Shown here: positions 49,875 through 62,565 of the stretch, piece by piece
Layout: each line of letters opens with the position of its first letter
Position numbering within the stretch: the stretch's first letter is position 1
The notes under the pieces: model-generated
The model's database searches: none
What the model was told of the DNA's origin: nothing
Seen by the model: the letters and a program-made list of their open reading frames with translations, nothing else
DNA from: Raja brachyura
Lineage: Eukaryota
Length of the DNA stretch: 64,000 nt
Direction of reading: 5' to 3'
Assembly: GCA_963514005.1 (NCBI GenBank)
Contig: OY740781.1
Location: 182,280,001 to 182,344,000, forward strand
Program-made: the position numbers and the translations under genes

Positions 49875-50434
49875 GGGTGACACAGTCAGTAGAGCTGCTG
49901 CCTCACACTCCAGTGATTTACATTAAATCCTAACTGTCTTTTCAGGAGTTTGTCCAATCTCCCTGAGACCATTTTGGTTTCACCCCAGCTGCTCCGGTTT
50001 CCTCCCACATTCCAGAGACATGCTGGTTGGTAGGTTAATTGGCTATTGTAAATGTCTCTGCGTGTGTAGGCGAGTGGCAGAACCTGGAGAATGGTGGTGG
50101 GAATGTGGACAGAATAGACTGCAGAATACATTTCACTTCATTCTATAGACTTTATATACAGAGTGGAAACAGGCCCATTGGCCCACCAAGTTTGCGATCA
50201 TCCTCTACACTAGCACTATCGTAAACTCTAGCGGCAATGTATAATTTTACCAAAGCCAATGAGCCTGCAAACCTGTATGTCTTTGGAGTGTGGGAGGAAA
50301 CCGGAGTACCCAGAGAAAACCCACGCGGTCACAGGGAGAATGTACAAACTCCGCACAAACAGCACCCATAATTTGGATCAAATCCAAGCTGCTATTTAAA
50401 GCAACAAGTCTACTGCTGCGCCACCATGCCACCC
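49875..50434. mobile_element. Two tRNA-derived SINEs tail-to-tail (sense about 49875-50110; antisense about 50150-50434)
   Basis: GTAGAGCTGCTGCCTCACA head and GCTCCGGTTTCCTCCCACA body. Antisense copy ends GCGCCACCATGCCACCC. Confidence 0.8.
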
Positions 50435-50573
50435 ATAATAATAATTCCTTATCCTGAAGCCAGTCAGGAAAAGTATCCACGTGGCATTAACTCTGTCAAA
50501 CCATGCGAGAATGTTATGCTTCATTCAAATCAACCCTAGGGTATATGGAGCTAACCTGGTGAAGAGAAAAACA

Positions 50574-50673
50574 AAGGTAGACACAAAATGCTGGAGTAAC
50601 TCAGCGGGATAGGCAGCATCTCTGGAGAGAAGGAATGGGTGATGTTTAGGGTCGAGACCCTTCTTCAGACTGA
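50574..50673 (-). mobile_element. Penelope-derived mini-element
   Basis: AAGGTAGACACAAAATGCTGGAGTAACTCAGCGGG...GAGACCCTTCTTCAGACTG. Confidence 0.8.
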
Positions 50674-51785
50674 GGAGAGAAACGAGATTTATTGTATCTC
50701 GCCTGTATCATATCTATGTGAGACTGTCCTAAAACACTTCCAACAAATAACTTCCAAATCATTATAATATGATTTATATGAAGTACCACAGGCAACGTCT
50801 TTATTGTAGCACCCACAAATAGCTGTATCAAAATGCCTAGATAATATTATTCAAAAAAATGAATTGGAGGATAAATATTGAACAAGACTATTGGGTTAAC
50901 ACTCTTGTCCACTTTTGAAATTTATCTGGCATTTAAAATTAAAGTAAACAATTGAAGGAAATTGAAACAAAATGTAACAAAAAATTAATTGAAAACACAT
51001 TTAATTAATTAAATGCAATCAACTAAGAGAAATATTCTTTCCTTTTTAAAGAAGTAACTTACCCTTCCCATTGTCTCCAAAAGCTTTGCCCAACCATTTA
51101 AATCAGTGAGAGACCTTGGATTCAATGCCTCGTCTGACCTGGTGTTAGGCTAGGGAAAACTAGCAAGTTTGCATTCATTGCTGCAGCTGAACAAATCTGT
51201 CAGGGCTCTGATTTCCTCATTTCATGGAGCAAGTGGGAATGACTTACTTGAGTTTCACTGCCTGAATGTTGATGGTTCCAATGGGAACAAGTGGGAATAG
51301 CTGCCACAATCTGGTCTTTATCCAATTTAATTGATGGCATCTCCCTCAGAACAGTACTGATATATCAGCCTTGAATTTTGTATTGGGTTCTCTGGAGAAT
51401 GCTGTGTCTCAGAGCCTGCTTGGTCTCTTCTAGGAAAATCACCTCATCTGTGGAATTACTCTGGTGAACATTTGTTGTACACTCTGAAAAATAATTATGT
51501 CTATCCTTCTCTAACTAAGGAGTGTACACAATTTGTCAGATGTAATCTCACCAAGGTTTTAAATAATCTGCAGTCTCTTTCTAATAAAGCAGTATATTAC
51601 TTCCTTTCCTAACTGCCGGCTTGTTCATTTCCAATAATAGATGTCAAAGAATACACTAGTCCAGCCCCCCCCCCCCCCCCCCCACCAACTTTCCTCAACA
51701 ACTCATTACCTTAAAATGAAGTCTTCATTTAGAGTGTATTTTGATATTTGTTTTCCAATTACTTGCCAGCTGAAAAAATGAGTTT

Positions 51786-52060
51786 GGGCAGCACAGTAGC
51801 ATAGCTTCTGCCTCAAATTGCAGGGATCCGGGTATGATCCTGACCTCGGGTGCTGTCTGCGTGGAGTTTGCACCGTTTTCCATGTGGCCGCATGGGTTTC
51901 TTCCAGTTTCCCCACACATTCCAAAGATATGCGTGTTTGTCGGTGTGTCTCAGCTTCTGAAAAACTGCCCCCAATAGCAGGGAATTGAGTTAACATAGAA
52001 CTTGGGAGTCATTGGGCCATAGGGCCTGTTTCCGTGCTCTTTCTCTAAAGTAAACTAAAC
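51786..52060 (+). mobile_element. tRNA-derived SINE, decayed
   Basis: GGGCAGCACAGT..GATCCTGACCTCGGGTGCTGTCTGCGTGGAGTTTGCAC..GGGCCTGTTTCCGTGCT, CTAAA tail. Confidence 0.8.
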
Positions 52061-52949
52061 TCTTGGCCCTCTCTATAGCCTCTACATTCCACACACAGTT
52101 TACTTTCCCACCCAACAAATTTGGATTTACTCTATCACTAAACTGGAAAGGGGTAATTGGCTGGTCTCTCATTTATAAGGCTAATGAACTGTAGTTTCTT
52201 AATATGATGTTGTAAGCTCACGTCTAGTTCTCTGTTCCTGGCTGTGCAACATCTGTGTGCAAGGGATCAAATGGTTAGTATAATTGGTGTAAGTAGACCA
52301 GGTAAGAGTGAAAAAACCTCTACTGCTGGTTAGTTTTGTGAAATAAGTGACGAAGATGTTCACATTTTTGCCCCCTGGATATAATTAAGAATTTTAGTGG
52401 GTGTTACTTCAAAATTGTTGCACATGTTTTGAAAAAGATTGTTATGATCATTAAACAACAATGTGGGAAAGCTTACTATAATTGCTATATATAATAGTAG
52501 CAGAATATATTCACAAATATGTTTATGTCACTGTTCTTCCCTTCGGACTCTTTCGGTCCCAGATCAGGAAAAGATCTTGCACAAATTCATCTTTTGCATC
52601 TTATCTAGGGTGTTATAGTTTAACTTTCCACCACGTCCGATCCCTGGTGTCCACACAGCAAACCTTTTATTGAAGTATCAGTGCAGCTCCTGAGAGCTGG
52701 CACCAAAGCAGAATAGGGTTTAACTAAACTGAGCATAAAATACTAATCAACAATACGCTTCCTGCTTAACGTTACCTTGTTTTCTGCTAAAGGGAATTTT
52801 GAGCATTTCTTATAACTAAAGCTAAAACTGCAGTTCTGGACATCACACAAAGCAGTAGAAAGGAAAACACAAGGGGAAAGCAAATCAAGCGCTGTGATAA
52901 GTTGACTCTAGCCCTTGGTCTTTTACGCCTGAACTTTGTACTGTAAAAA

Positions 52950-53338
52950 GTAGATGAAAGGAACTGCAGATGCTGGTTTGCAAAAAACAAAAGACACAAG
53001 AGTGCTGGAGTAATTTAGCAAGGTCCAGTCGGACAGCAATCCTGGAAAACATGAATAGGTGGACGTTTCAGGTCAGGATGCTTCTTCAGACTGCAATTAA
53101 AGAGATTTGAAAATAATTCTGGCTTCTCTAGATGAGCAATGGTAACTTCATCAAATAAGTTTACCTTCAACCAAGACACTCTGACTCTTATCGATCCATC
53201 AGTCAAGAAAATTCAGCTTATGGATATGTGAGATGTAATAGTGAAACACACAAGTGCTGGAGCAACTCAGCGGATCAGGCAGCATCTGTGGAAGGAATAG
53301 ATAGGTGGCATTTTGTGCCAGGACCTTCTTAAGACTGC
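52950..53338 (-). mobile_element. Two Penelope-derived mini-elements (about 52950-53093 and 53243-53338)
   Basis: AGGAACTGCAGATGCTGG..GACGTTTCAGGTCAGGATGCTTCTTCAGAC. Second copy ends CCTTCTTAAGAC. Confidence 0.75.
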
Positions 53339-53472
53339 TATCTCAGATATAATAGTAACAGTTCCTTGATAGTCCCCATAAAAGACAAAAAGCCATAGAC
53401 AAAATGTTATGTCAAAGGGGAGAAATTGGGCTGGATAGTGTGTAAATGTAGAGATAATCTAGCTAAAATAAA

Positions 53473-53720
53473 TGGTCATACAGCATGGAAACAGACCCTT
53501 TGGCTCAACTTACCCATGTCGACTAAGATGCCTATCTAAGCTGGGAGCAAAGCTTGCATTTGCCTGCATTTGGCCATTTTCCCTCTAAATGTTTCCTAAC
53601 CATGTACTTTCCAAGTGTTTTTTTGTAATGATATTATATATGCCTCAGCTTCCACCTCTGACTGTTGATTCTTCTACCCTGATAAAAGATTCACCCTATC
53701 AATTCCCTTCAGATTGTTCT
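53473..53720 (-). mobile_element. CR1 3' fragment, decayed
   Basis: GTCATACAGCATGGAAACAGACCCTTTGGCTCAACT..TTTGCCTGCATTTGGCC. Confidence 0.7.
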
Positions 53721-55220
53721 TAAATGGAGGAGAGACCAACATGACAGTTATTGCCTTTACAGCCGCAGGCAATACTGTTGTTGTTTTACTTTACAATAAT
53801 TAGCTTATCTGATACAGAAGCTTTTCAGTGATGTAGATGTGTCTGAATCATTGGTCTTTGTTGATGTTGAGGTTGGGAATTTGACTGCAACAAGTTTTAA
53901 AGAAACAGATGAGTCCCTATTCCTCCACTTCTTCCTTCCACCACGTTATCCTTCCCTGAGTTCTCTTCCTTTTCATACTTCCAGTTATACTTAATCTTAG
54001 CACATCCCCTGCCAGGCCACCCATGTTTTGAAAGTATAACGTTGGAAAGTTTCTTTAATAAAAGAACAAATATTTGCATTATGACTCGTATTTAACACAG
54101 CATTCAGACGACTGAAACTTTAGCAAAGTGCACCAAAACTCTAGAAGCATGTATGGTTCCACCAGCAGTTGCAAGCTTTTGCCAGCAACTAATATACAAG
54201 GAATTCATAATCCCTGTAAAGAGCACTGCAAAGAATCCTCTCATTTAATGTATGCTCAGTTGTGTGAGGTTAAGCAAGGGCATAGATTGGAATGTGGTAT
54301 TGAAAATGGCTATGCTTATATCAGATCAGTGTTGCACAATCATTGACATAGCCTGCTTGGTATACGGTTTATAAACATTAGTTGTGCATAAACCCTGCTT
54401 CTGAGATGCTTTCAAAAATAATCTCTGTCAGAGGTACATGAACACATATCTTGGACTCCAAACGCACTTACATTTGGTATCTCACCACTTAGAGATCTTT
54501 CCTGTTCCCTGGCTTGGTGTTCCGTAAGCGCAAGTTCATATAACTTTGTCTCTTCAACTTCATACTCTTTTCTAAAGACTGGGTTCTGTGGTATTTGAAA
54601 ATAATATAAAGGATGAAGGTTCCATCATGATGAGATGATGGTGAAAGAGGTGAAAGGAACAAATTAATACTTACACCATTTGCAAGAGATGGAGTTGTTA
54701 GGGAGGAATACATGAAACCTCCATCCCCCACATGATTCGTTCCTCTATTCTCACCCGTGACGACAGCCCACAACCTTGACAATGTGAGGTCTGTCTCCTC
54801 CATGGGAAATAAAACCTCCAAGTGGAGTTGCCCTTTACCAGTTCCTTCCTGCTTTGTGATGCGCCACCTCACTTGCAGGAACACAGGCCATTTCAGTAAA
54901 TATCCTGCATTATGTTTGGACATGTCGTGAATAATTAGCTCCCCCCGTCTGCAGGCTGTGATCTGCGGCGTGATGCAGCAGAGCAAAGTGTGTGAGCTTG
55001 AAGTATAGAAATGAAAGGAATGGATACCAACCAATATACATTGTTTGCAGTTAAAAGTTGGGGGTGTCATTTGTTAAACAAAAGGATGCACAATCAACTT
55101 GTTTGCCATGAGAACTCGTATCAGATTTTGAAATGCACTGTTGCAGCACAGTACCCTAATTATTGGAACAATTCTCCTGGGTTTTAAACTTTGTGGCACT
55201 TGTTCTCACTGTCTCTTTCC

Positions 55221-56998
55221 TGGAGGAACAAGGACATGGCAGACCAATTGAATAACTACTTTGGTTCTGTCTTCACTAAGGAAGACATAAATAATCTGCC
55301 GGAAATAGCAGTGGAACGGGGGTCAAATAAGATGGAGGAACTGAGTGAAATCCAGGTTAGCCGGGAGGTGGTGTTGGGTAAATTGAACGGATTGAAGGCC
55401 GATAAATCCCCAGGGCCAGATAGTCTGCATCCCAGAGTACTCAAGGAGGTAGCCACAGAAATAGTGGATGCATTAGTGATAATTTTTCAAAATTCCTTAG
55501 ATTCTGGAGTAGTTCCTGAGGATTGGAGGGTAGCTAATGTAACCCCACTTTTTAAAAAAGGAGGGAGAGAGAAAGCGGGGAATTACAGACCAGTTAGTCT
55601 AACATCGGTAGTGGGGAAACTGCTAGAGTCAGTTATTAAAGATGGGATAGCAGCGCATTTGGAAAGTGGTGAAATCATTGGACAAAGTCAGCATGGATTT
55701 ACGAAAGGTAAATCATGTCTTGACAAATCTGATAGGATTTTTCGAGGATGTAACTAGTAGAGTGGATAAGGGAGAACCAGTGGATGTGTTATATCTAGAC
55801 TTTCAGAAGGCTTTCGACAAGGTCCCGCATAAGAGATTAGCATACAAACTTAAAGCACACGGTATTGGGGGTTCAGTATTGATGTGGATAGAGAACTGGC
55901 TAGCAGACAGGAGGCAAAGGGTAGGAGTAAACGGGTCCTTTTCAGAATGGCAGGCAGTGACTAGTGGGGTGCCGCAAGGCTCAGTGCTGGGACCCCAGCT
56001 ATTTACAATATATATTAATGATTTGGACGAGGGAATTCAATGCAACATCTCCAAATTTGCAGATGATACCAAGCTGGGGGGTATAGTTAGGTGTGAGGAG
56101 GATGCTTGGAGGCTGCAGGGTGATGATTTGGATAGGCTGAGTGAATGGGCAGATGCATGGCAGATGCAGTACAATGTGGATAAATGTGAGGTTATCCACT
56201 TTGGTGGCAAAAACATGAGGGTAGACTATTATCTGAATGGTGGCCGATTAGGTAAGGGGGAGATGCAACGAGACCTGGGTGTCATGGTACACCAGTCATT
56301 GAAAGTAGGCATGCAGGTGCAGCAGGCAGTGAAGAAAGCAAATGGTATGTTAGCATTCATAGCGAAAGGATTTGAGTATAGGAGCAGGGAGGTTCTACTG
56401 CAGTTGTACAGGGTTTTGGTGAGGCCACACCTGGAGTACTGCGTACAGTTTTGGTCTCCAAATCTGAGGAAAGACATCCTTGCCATAGAGGGGGTACAGA
56501 GAAGATTCACCAGACTGATTCCTGGGATGTCAGGACTTTCATATGAGGAAAGATAGGATAGACTCGGTTTGTACTCGATGGAATTTAGAAGATTGAGGGG
56601 GGATCTTATAGAAACCTACAAAATTCTTAAGGGGTTGGACAAGCTAGATGCTGGAAGATTGTTCCCGATGTTGGGGGAGTCCAGAACAAGGGGTCACAGT
56701 CTAAGGATAAGGGGGAATTCCTTTAGGACCGAAATGAGGAAAACATTCTTTACACAGAGAGTGGTGAGTCTCTGGAATTCTCTGCCACAGAAGGTAGTTG
56801 AGGCCAGTTCATTGGCTATATTTAAGAGGGCGTTAGATGTGGCACTTGTGGCTAAAGGGATCAGGGGGTATGGAGAGAAGGCAGGTACGGGATACTGAGT
56901 TGGATGATCAGCCATGATCACATTGAATGGCGGTGCAGGCTCGAAGGGCCGAATGGCCTACTCCTGCACCTATTTTCTATGTTTCTATGTTTCTATGT
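55221..56998 (+). mobile_element. CR1 LINE, 5'-truncated, ORF2 reverse transcriptase pseudogenised
   Basis: KSPGPD, NYRPVSLTS, QHGF, YLDFQKAFDKVPH, GVPQGSVLGP, KFADDTKL, ERDLGV-like, RLRGDLIETYK. One frameshift near 55720 and an in-frame TAG at 56554-56556. (TTTCTATG)n tail. Confidence 0.97.
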
Positions 56999-57619
56999 AA
57001 TTTGGGGGAGGTGTACAGGAAAAAAGGCACTTCGAAGCTGAATCTTTCCTCCTTTTCCTATCTTCCACCTGGCCTCCCGTGCTTTGTCTGAAAATAGTGG
57101 TGCTTGCTTTTTCATGTACTAATCCAGAGCAATACATCACTGCCAACGGCGACCACTGAAAATATTGCCTTCACGTATTTGCAGCCAGAATGAACCATCC
57201 TTTAAGAAGCCCTTGTCACCTTTAAGCCACCTGTGACATGGGAAGCACTGCTGATCAATCCACCTAGTTGAACACTGGCTACATATAGTTATCAGACAGC
57301 ACCAACTCTGGACCTGGGTTAATCTTTGCGTCATGACCTCAATATGTAATTGCAAGGGTTAGATATTTTCTTTCACCATTTCAAAACAAGAAAGGGCATA
57401 ATTGATCAAACTTAATATTTTTGTCAGTATTGCAGTATTGTATTCATTCCATTGAGTCCATGGCAGATGTCAGTGTAACTCCAACAGTACCATTCTCCCT
57501 TTTATATCCATTTAGCCTAGTCTGTTTCGTGCATGCCCTTCAACATCCACTGGTTTTCCTGCCTCCCGCCTATATCAGGAGCAATTTGTAATATTTATAA
57601 TCTCCTGCCTATAGGAGCA

Positions 57620-57805
57620 ATATTATTGTTACTTTTTTGCATGTCTTTCATTCATTTGTTTTATATCTCTCTACATCCCCGTCTATGTCTATCATTTCCT
57701 TTTCCCCCGACTCTCAGTCTGAAGAAGGGTCTCGACTCGAAACGTCACCCATTCCTTTTCTCCAGAGATGCTTCCTGAGTTACTCCAGCAGTTTGTGTCT
57801 ATCTA
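57620..57805 (+). mobile_element. Penelope terminal-repeat fragment with hammerhead motif
   Basis: CTGAAGA-A-GGGTCTCGACTC-GAAACGTC at 57719-57746. Homologous to 32970-33140. Confidence 0.8.
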
Positions 57806-57819
57806 CATTTTACAATAGC

Positions 57820-57956
57820 CAGGTATCCTGCCAGCATACTTCTGGGATGTAGGAGGTAAGCAGAGCATTCAGGGTAAGTGCATTTGATCACAATGAGAAT
57901 GTGCACACTCCACCTAGGCAGTACCCTGAGGTTCAGGATTGAACATGGGTCACTGG
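57820..57956 (-). mobile_element. tRNA-derived SINE fragment, decayed
   Basis: TGGGATGTAGGAGG..GAGAATGTGCACACTCCAC..CAGGATTGAAC. Confidence 0.6.
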
Positions 57957-58024
57957 ATCAATTTTGATCCATCGTTCTTTATGAAATCTATAGAAAGATA
58001 TGTGCTGATTTGCTAGCAGTGGCA

Positions 58025-58094
58025 ATCACCCAAGAAAGAACAATACAATGACACATTAATTGTTGTGCCATTGCATTGCCCTTTCTTGGGTGAT
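58025..58094 (-). ncRNA. Pre-miRNA-like hairpin (candidate; no known family recognised)
   Basis: 58025-58055 pairs with 58064-58094 (31 bp, 8-nt loop). The four non-Watson-Crick positions are all G-U on the minus strand. Confidence 0.4.
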
Positions 58095-61000
58095 CAGCAG
58101 ATACCTTGAGGATCATTGAATCAAAACAGATTGTTACTTCATGTTAAGCCTGCTTTGAAAAGAAGGCATTTCCATTTTCAACCCCAGTGCGTCTCATTGA
58201 AATTGTAGAAGTTGAGCAAATAGAACAGCTATGTAAACACTGCTGATAATAGCTGAATGTTTCAATATTTTAATGGAATTGCCCAGAACATCAAAGGCAT
58301 TCTACATGATATTCTAATCAAATGAACCAGAGTGAATTATCATGATGAAAAAAGCAGTCCATAGCTATACATGGTATAGGCATTTATTTTTTTCACTTCA
58401 GAAACTGGATGAACAAACAAGGTCTATTCTCTGGAACAAATATTGTAAAGCAATAAAGAATTGCCATGAAATAAGAAGCATTTGAAAACTGTGATGTCAT
58501 TTATAGTTACAGACTGGGCAGATTCATTAAATCCAGCTCTGTTGGGAGGGCAAATTGTTTTATAATTGCTCTACATAGGTCTCACCCTGTGAGAAGATGT
58601 TCTTTACAATTTGGTCTGCGCAGAGTGGAAGAGGTATTTCCATACGCTTGACCACAATGGAGAGATCAGAACCCTAAATAAAAGAACAACGCCCAATTCT
58701 GCTACAACTGTCTTAATAGTTTCTAATTTTAAGAAAAATGTGTCGCTATTGTGTTGCTTCACATTATGTGTCAAAACCCAGATAGACACATTATGTCCCA
58801 TTATTCTCTGAACAGGCAACATACAATCTACCAACAGTTTATTTATAGTCCCATTATAGACATCGGTTTGGAATTGGATGAAAAATGACAAATGGAAGAG
58901 TCCCTTTTGTCTCACTGGCCTACAAAAGCCAATGCAAGGAAGAATGGCAAGGCCAATGAGATTGATGATGACCTTCAACCCTGCCAAACCTCACATGGGT
59001 GAGTGCATAATTAGATAGATTTAATTGGCTTTCCAGATATGTGAGGAAGAAATGTAGCAGTTTTTGAACCCACCTCCTGCGTGAAGATATTGGAATGAAT
59101 GTAAATCAGATTTAATCCTTTTATTCTATTAATCTATTCGGTCACTTTGGATGTTTACAATATCCAATTCTCAAGATTCATCCTTTGTAATTTTTTCCTC
59201 AACAAATAATATTGAATTATTTTAACCACCAACAAAAATGCTTTGAAATTGATTTGGCTTTTTGCTGAAACCCTTTCACTCTTTTCTTTAGTTAATGAAT
59301 ACATGTAAAGTGTAACATAACTTTGAGGAAAATTATTTTTGCTATCACTAGCATTTAACTGTGAGAGCAGCATTTATTTTGCAGTATATTAGCAGTTGCT
59401 CATCTCCTTTGGTGTGAATTTTGTCCATTCTGCATGTGCAGAGATTTTCCATCATTCAGTACTGGGACTAAGTAGATAAAATCCTAAATAACCAGTCATA
59501 TTTTGTTAGTTAAATTAGTCAAATATGCCAAATTATGCTGTTATTTCTGTTTCTGGCAATGAGAATATAATTTTACCAAAGTGGTTTATTCGTCCTTTAA
59601 ATGTTTCTTCCTGTAAAAATGATACCAAATGAATTACTATGAAAAACAAATGTAATTTCCCCAGAGCTTTAGCTAATTCAATTTAACCATCTTTTTACAC
59701 CCTGGTTGGACTTGGGTGCTTCTGATTATTTTTTTAGGGGAAAATAGTTATTAGAAAATAATCTATTTGGTCACTTTGGATGTTTACCATATCCATTTAT
59801 CAAGATTCAACAGGAAGGGATCTCTTGATTTTTTAAGAACGAAATTGTAAGATTCAAACTGTTGGGATGCCAGGCTGGATTGTTATTTTGATAACATGAT
59901 GATCACTTAACGTTGAATGAACCTTTTAGAAACTTGGTTTATTTTGTGCAGTTTAGAATCTATGTATATTTTTACAAAGTTATTTTGGCAGTCACTTCTC
60001 TAATAATAAAAATAACTTCCTACATTGAATCCATCACGATCAGTGACAGTGATACTCCAACTGATTTGGTGTCCTCAACATGTAGCTATGTGCTAACACT
60101 CCATAATAAACATTGCCCAGATTTTCACTTCATTCAGCACACTAATCACTTGGTGTGATTCCAGCTGCCCCATTCTGTGTCACTGGACAGTGATTGAATG
60201 TGGAGTCTGGAATTTGGCAAAGAACCTAATAACTGACATTTTAAAGCTACAGTTATAAACTTATTATATTCCATGTATTGACTACGAAGGTATAAGATTT
60301 CTGTTTTGACTTCTGTCATGGGGAGTGTTAGACTTATAAAATACAGACTTGCAACGAACAAGCTGGAAATCAGTTCCAGTAGTCTGAGGTGTGGGTGACC
60401 AAGGCAGAATTATACAGTTGTGTCAGAGTTAATTTAGCTTTTGAAGTTTCAACACTGAGGAAAACTTCATTGGAACAAATGATTACCTGGAGGCTATAAC
60501 TCTGTTGGTACACTTCACTAATGCATATGAAATCAAGACAAATAAATTGCTAAATTTTTATTGGAGTCACAGAGTGCATGTGTGCAATTGCCACAATCTG
60601 CTGCAAAGCTACAGATAGTTTTGTATTAGGTTTTTAATAAAACGATTGTTAGGAGTAATTTGCTAGCGGGAACGAGATTTTGCTGGTTATATAATCCAGA
60701 CAAAAACAATGCAAAATCACCTCCCTCATCTATTTTACACAATAGACAGATGGTGTTGGCTTCAAATTGGGTCAAGTCATTAACATTTTGAAGGTTTTCA
60801 TTATGTGACAAAATCAGATGCATTTGGCGACTTAAATCCCTTATTTTAAAACTGATTTTCCTCATGCATGCCATACGAACATTAATGAAGAACATTTTTA
60901 CAATACATTGCCTCTAGCTATTAGTCACACAGTGCTCTTAGAATTTAATCTTGAGCAGTATAAACAGCCAACCATGGTTATATGGTTATTTTTTCCTAGT

Positions 61001-62329
61001 ATCAGGTGATATGTTCAATTTTCCCTTTGCTTGATGCAAAATGTTCTCTTCATTCCTTGCTTCAGCAAAATGGCAGGCAGAACACCTCAGATAAACTGTA
61101 AAGAATGATCAAGAATCATACTATGTTGTGGTTTAATTACTATGCCTTCCAATTCATTTAAATCATTCTGTTCTCAAACTCATATTTGAATTCCAAAATG
61201 TTTGTAAAGTTTCAGATTTTATCTTGTGTCTTTTGTTTCTTTTTCCGAATCAAATTATTTCACTTTTTTCAGCAATTGCAATAATTTATTACACTACAGA
61301 ACCAAAATACTAACCAATGCACTGAAGACATGCTTGCCTTATTCCAGGAAAAGAGGAAAATATGTTTAAAATCAATCTAGAAAATTGTATGCTGCAGGCA
61401 ATCAGATTGCAGTGTAAACTGCCTCGGCAATATCAACAGCAATACATTGATTAAGAATGAAATAAAACAATTTCATATGTTCAATGAGGGTGATGAGGAG
61501 ATATTATTAATATCTTTGCATTTATTTTTTAAATCTAAGGATTTTTGTAGTTTAATAGGGGGGCATACCTTTGTTCCACATTGTAGTTGGGGTTGTATTT
61601 GTACAATACGTGCCTTTTTTTCTTCAGCTCACTCGAGCCATGAAGTGTATACTTGGACAATACCACTGACATACCCAAAGCCCATCTGTTTGTAGATAAT
61701 TCAATATTGGTTGAGAATTTTATTAGGGAGGTGAGCAAGACTAATAAAACTTTCCACTTCTAATTGTGGAATTCTTCCACTTAAGTACTCATCTACAACC
61801 TTTGTGTTTCCAATACATGTATTTGGCCACTGATGTCTGTGTGAAATTTCATGCATTCTCAATTGCAGTTTGCATTTGTTGCTCGGGTTTCTCATGTATA
61901 TATTTTTGGCATTTGAGAATTGTTGCTGGAGTAAGATGGGGTGGGACTATAAGAAGTAAGTAGTATCTAACACAATTCCTGACCTATAGTTTTAAGCAAT
62001 TCCTGTATGTAAGGATTCCTGTAAGGATTTAAAAAATTTCCAAGAAATGTTATTGACAATTGTGTCACTTAGATCGTGGCTTCCATTGTTTAACTGTTAT
62101 AAACATTGATTGACTTTAGAAGAAATGAACACAATAGAATATTTACTGCTTGCTCCTGTTCAAATTTTGTTGCCCGTAAAAATGACGCAATACATTCCCC
62201 ATTGGTGTTCAGGAAGCTGGAAGTTACTTATTTCACATTTTATGTTTCTGGTAATTGTTAAAGCAGAACACATTTAATAGCCGAAATGCCTTTTGTTGTA
62301 ATATAGCTCCAGCAAGAAATTACCCAGCT

Positions 62330-62565
62330 GGACACACAAGGAACTGTAGATGCTGAAATCTTGAGTGAAGCACAAGTAAAGTGCCAGAGAAACTCAGTAG
62401 GTAATGCAGCATCTCTGGAGGACATGGATGAGTGACATTTTGGGTCAGGCTCCTTCTTCAGGTTAGAACACTTGAACATTTCTTGAATCTGTAGAAGTGT
62501 CCTGACCCTAAATATCCTCCAGACATCTGTCGGTCTCACTGAGTTCGTCCAGCACTTTGTAGTTT
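62330..62565. mobile_element. Penelope-derived inverted pair, decayed
   Basis: Antisense arm 62330-62462 (AGGAACTGTAGATGCTG..CCTTCTTCAG), then sense arm about 62488-62562. Confidence 0.7.

Noticed and set aside
52776-52940. Minus-strand exon candidate (AG..GT bounded)
   Set aside because: All three frames contain stops, and the acceptor tract runs into a Penelope fragment.
55191-56898. Active reverse transcriptase gene
   Set aside because: 5'-truncated CR1 lacking the endonuclease domain, with a frameshift and an in-frame stop.
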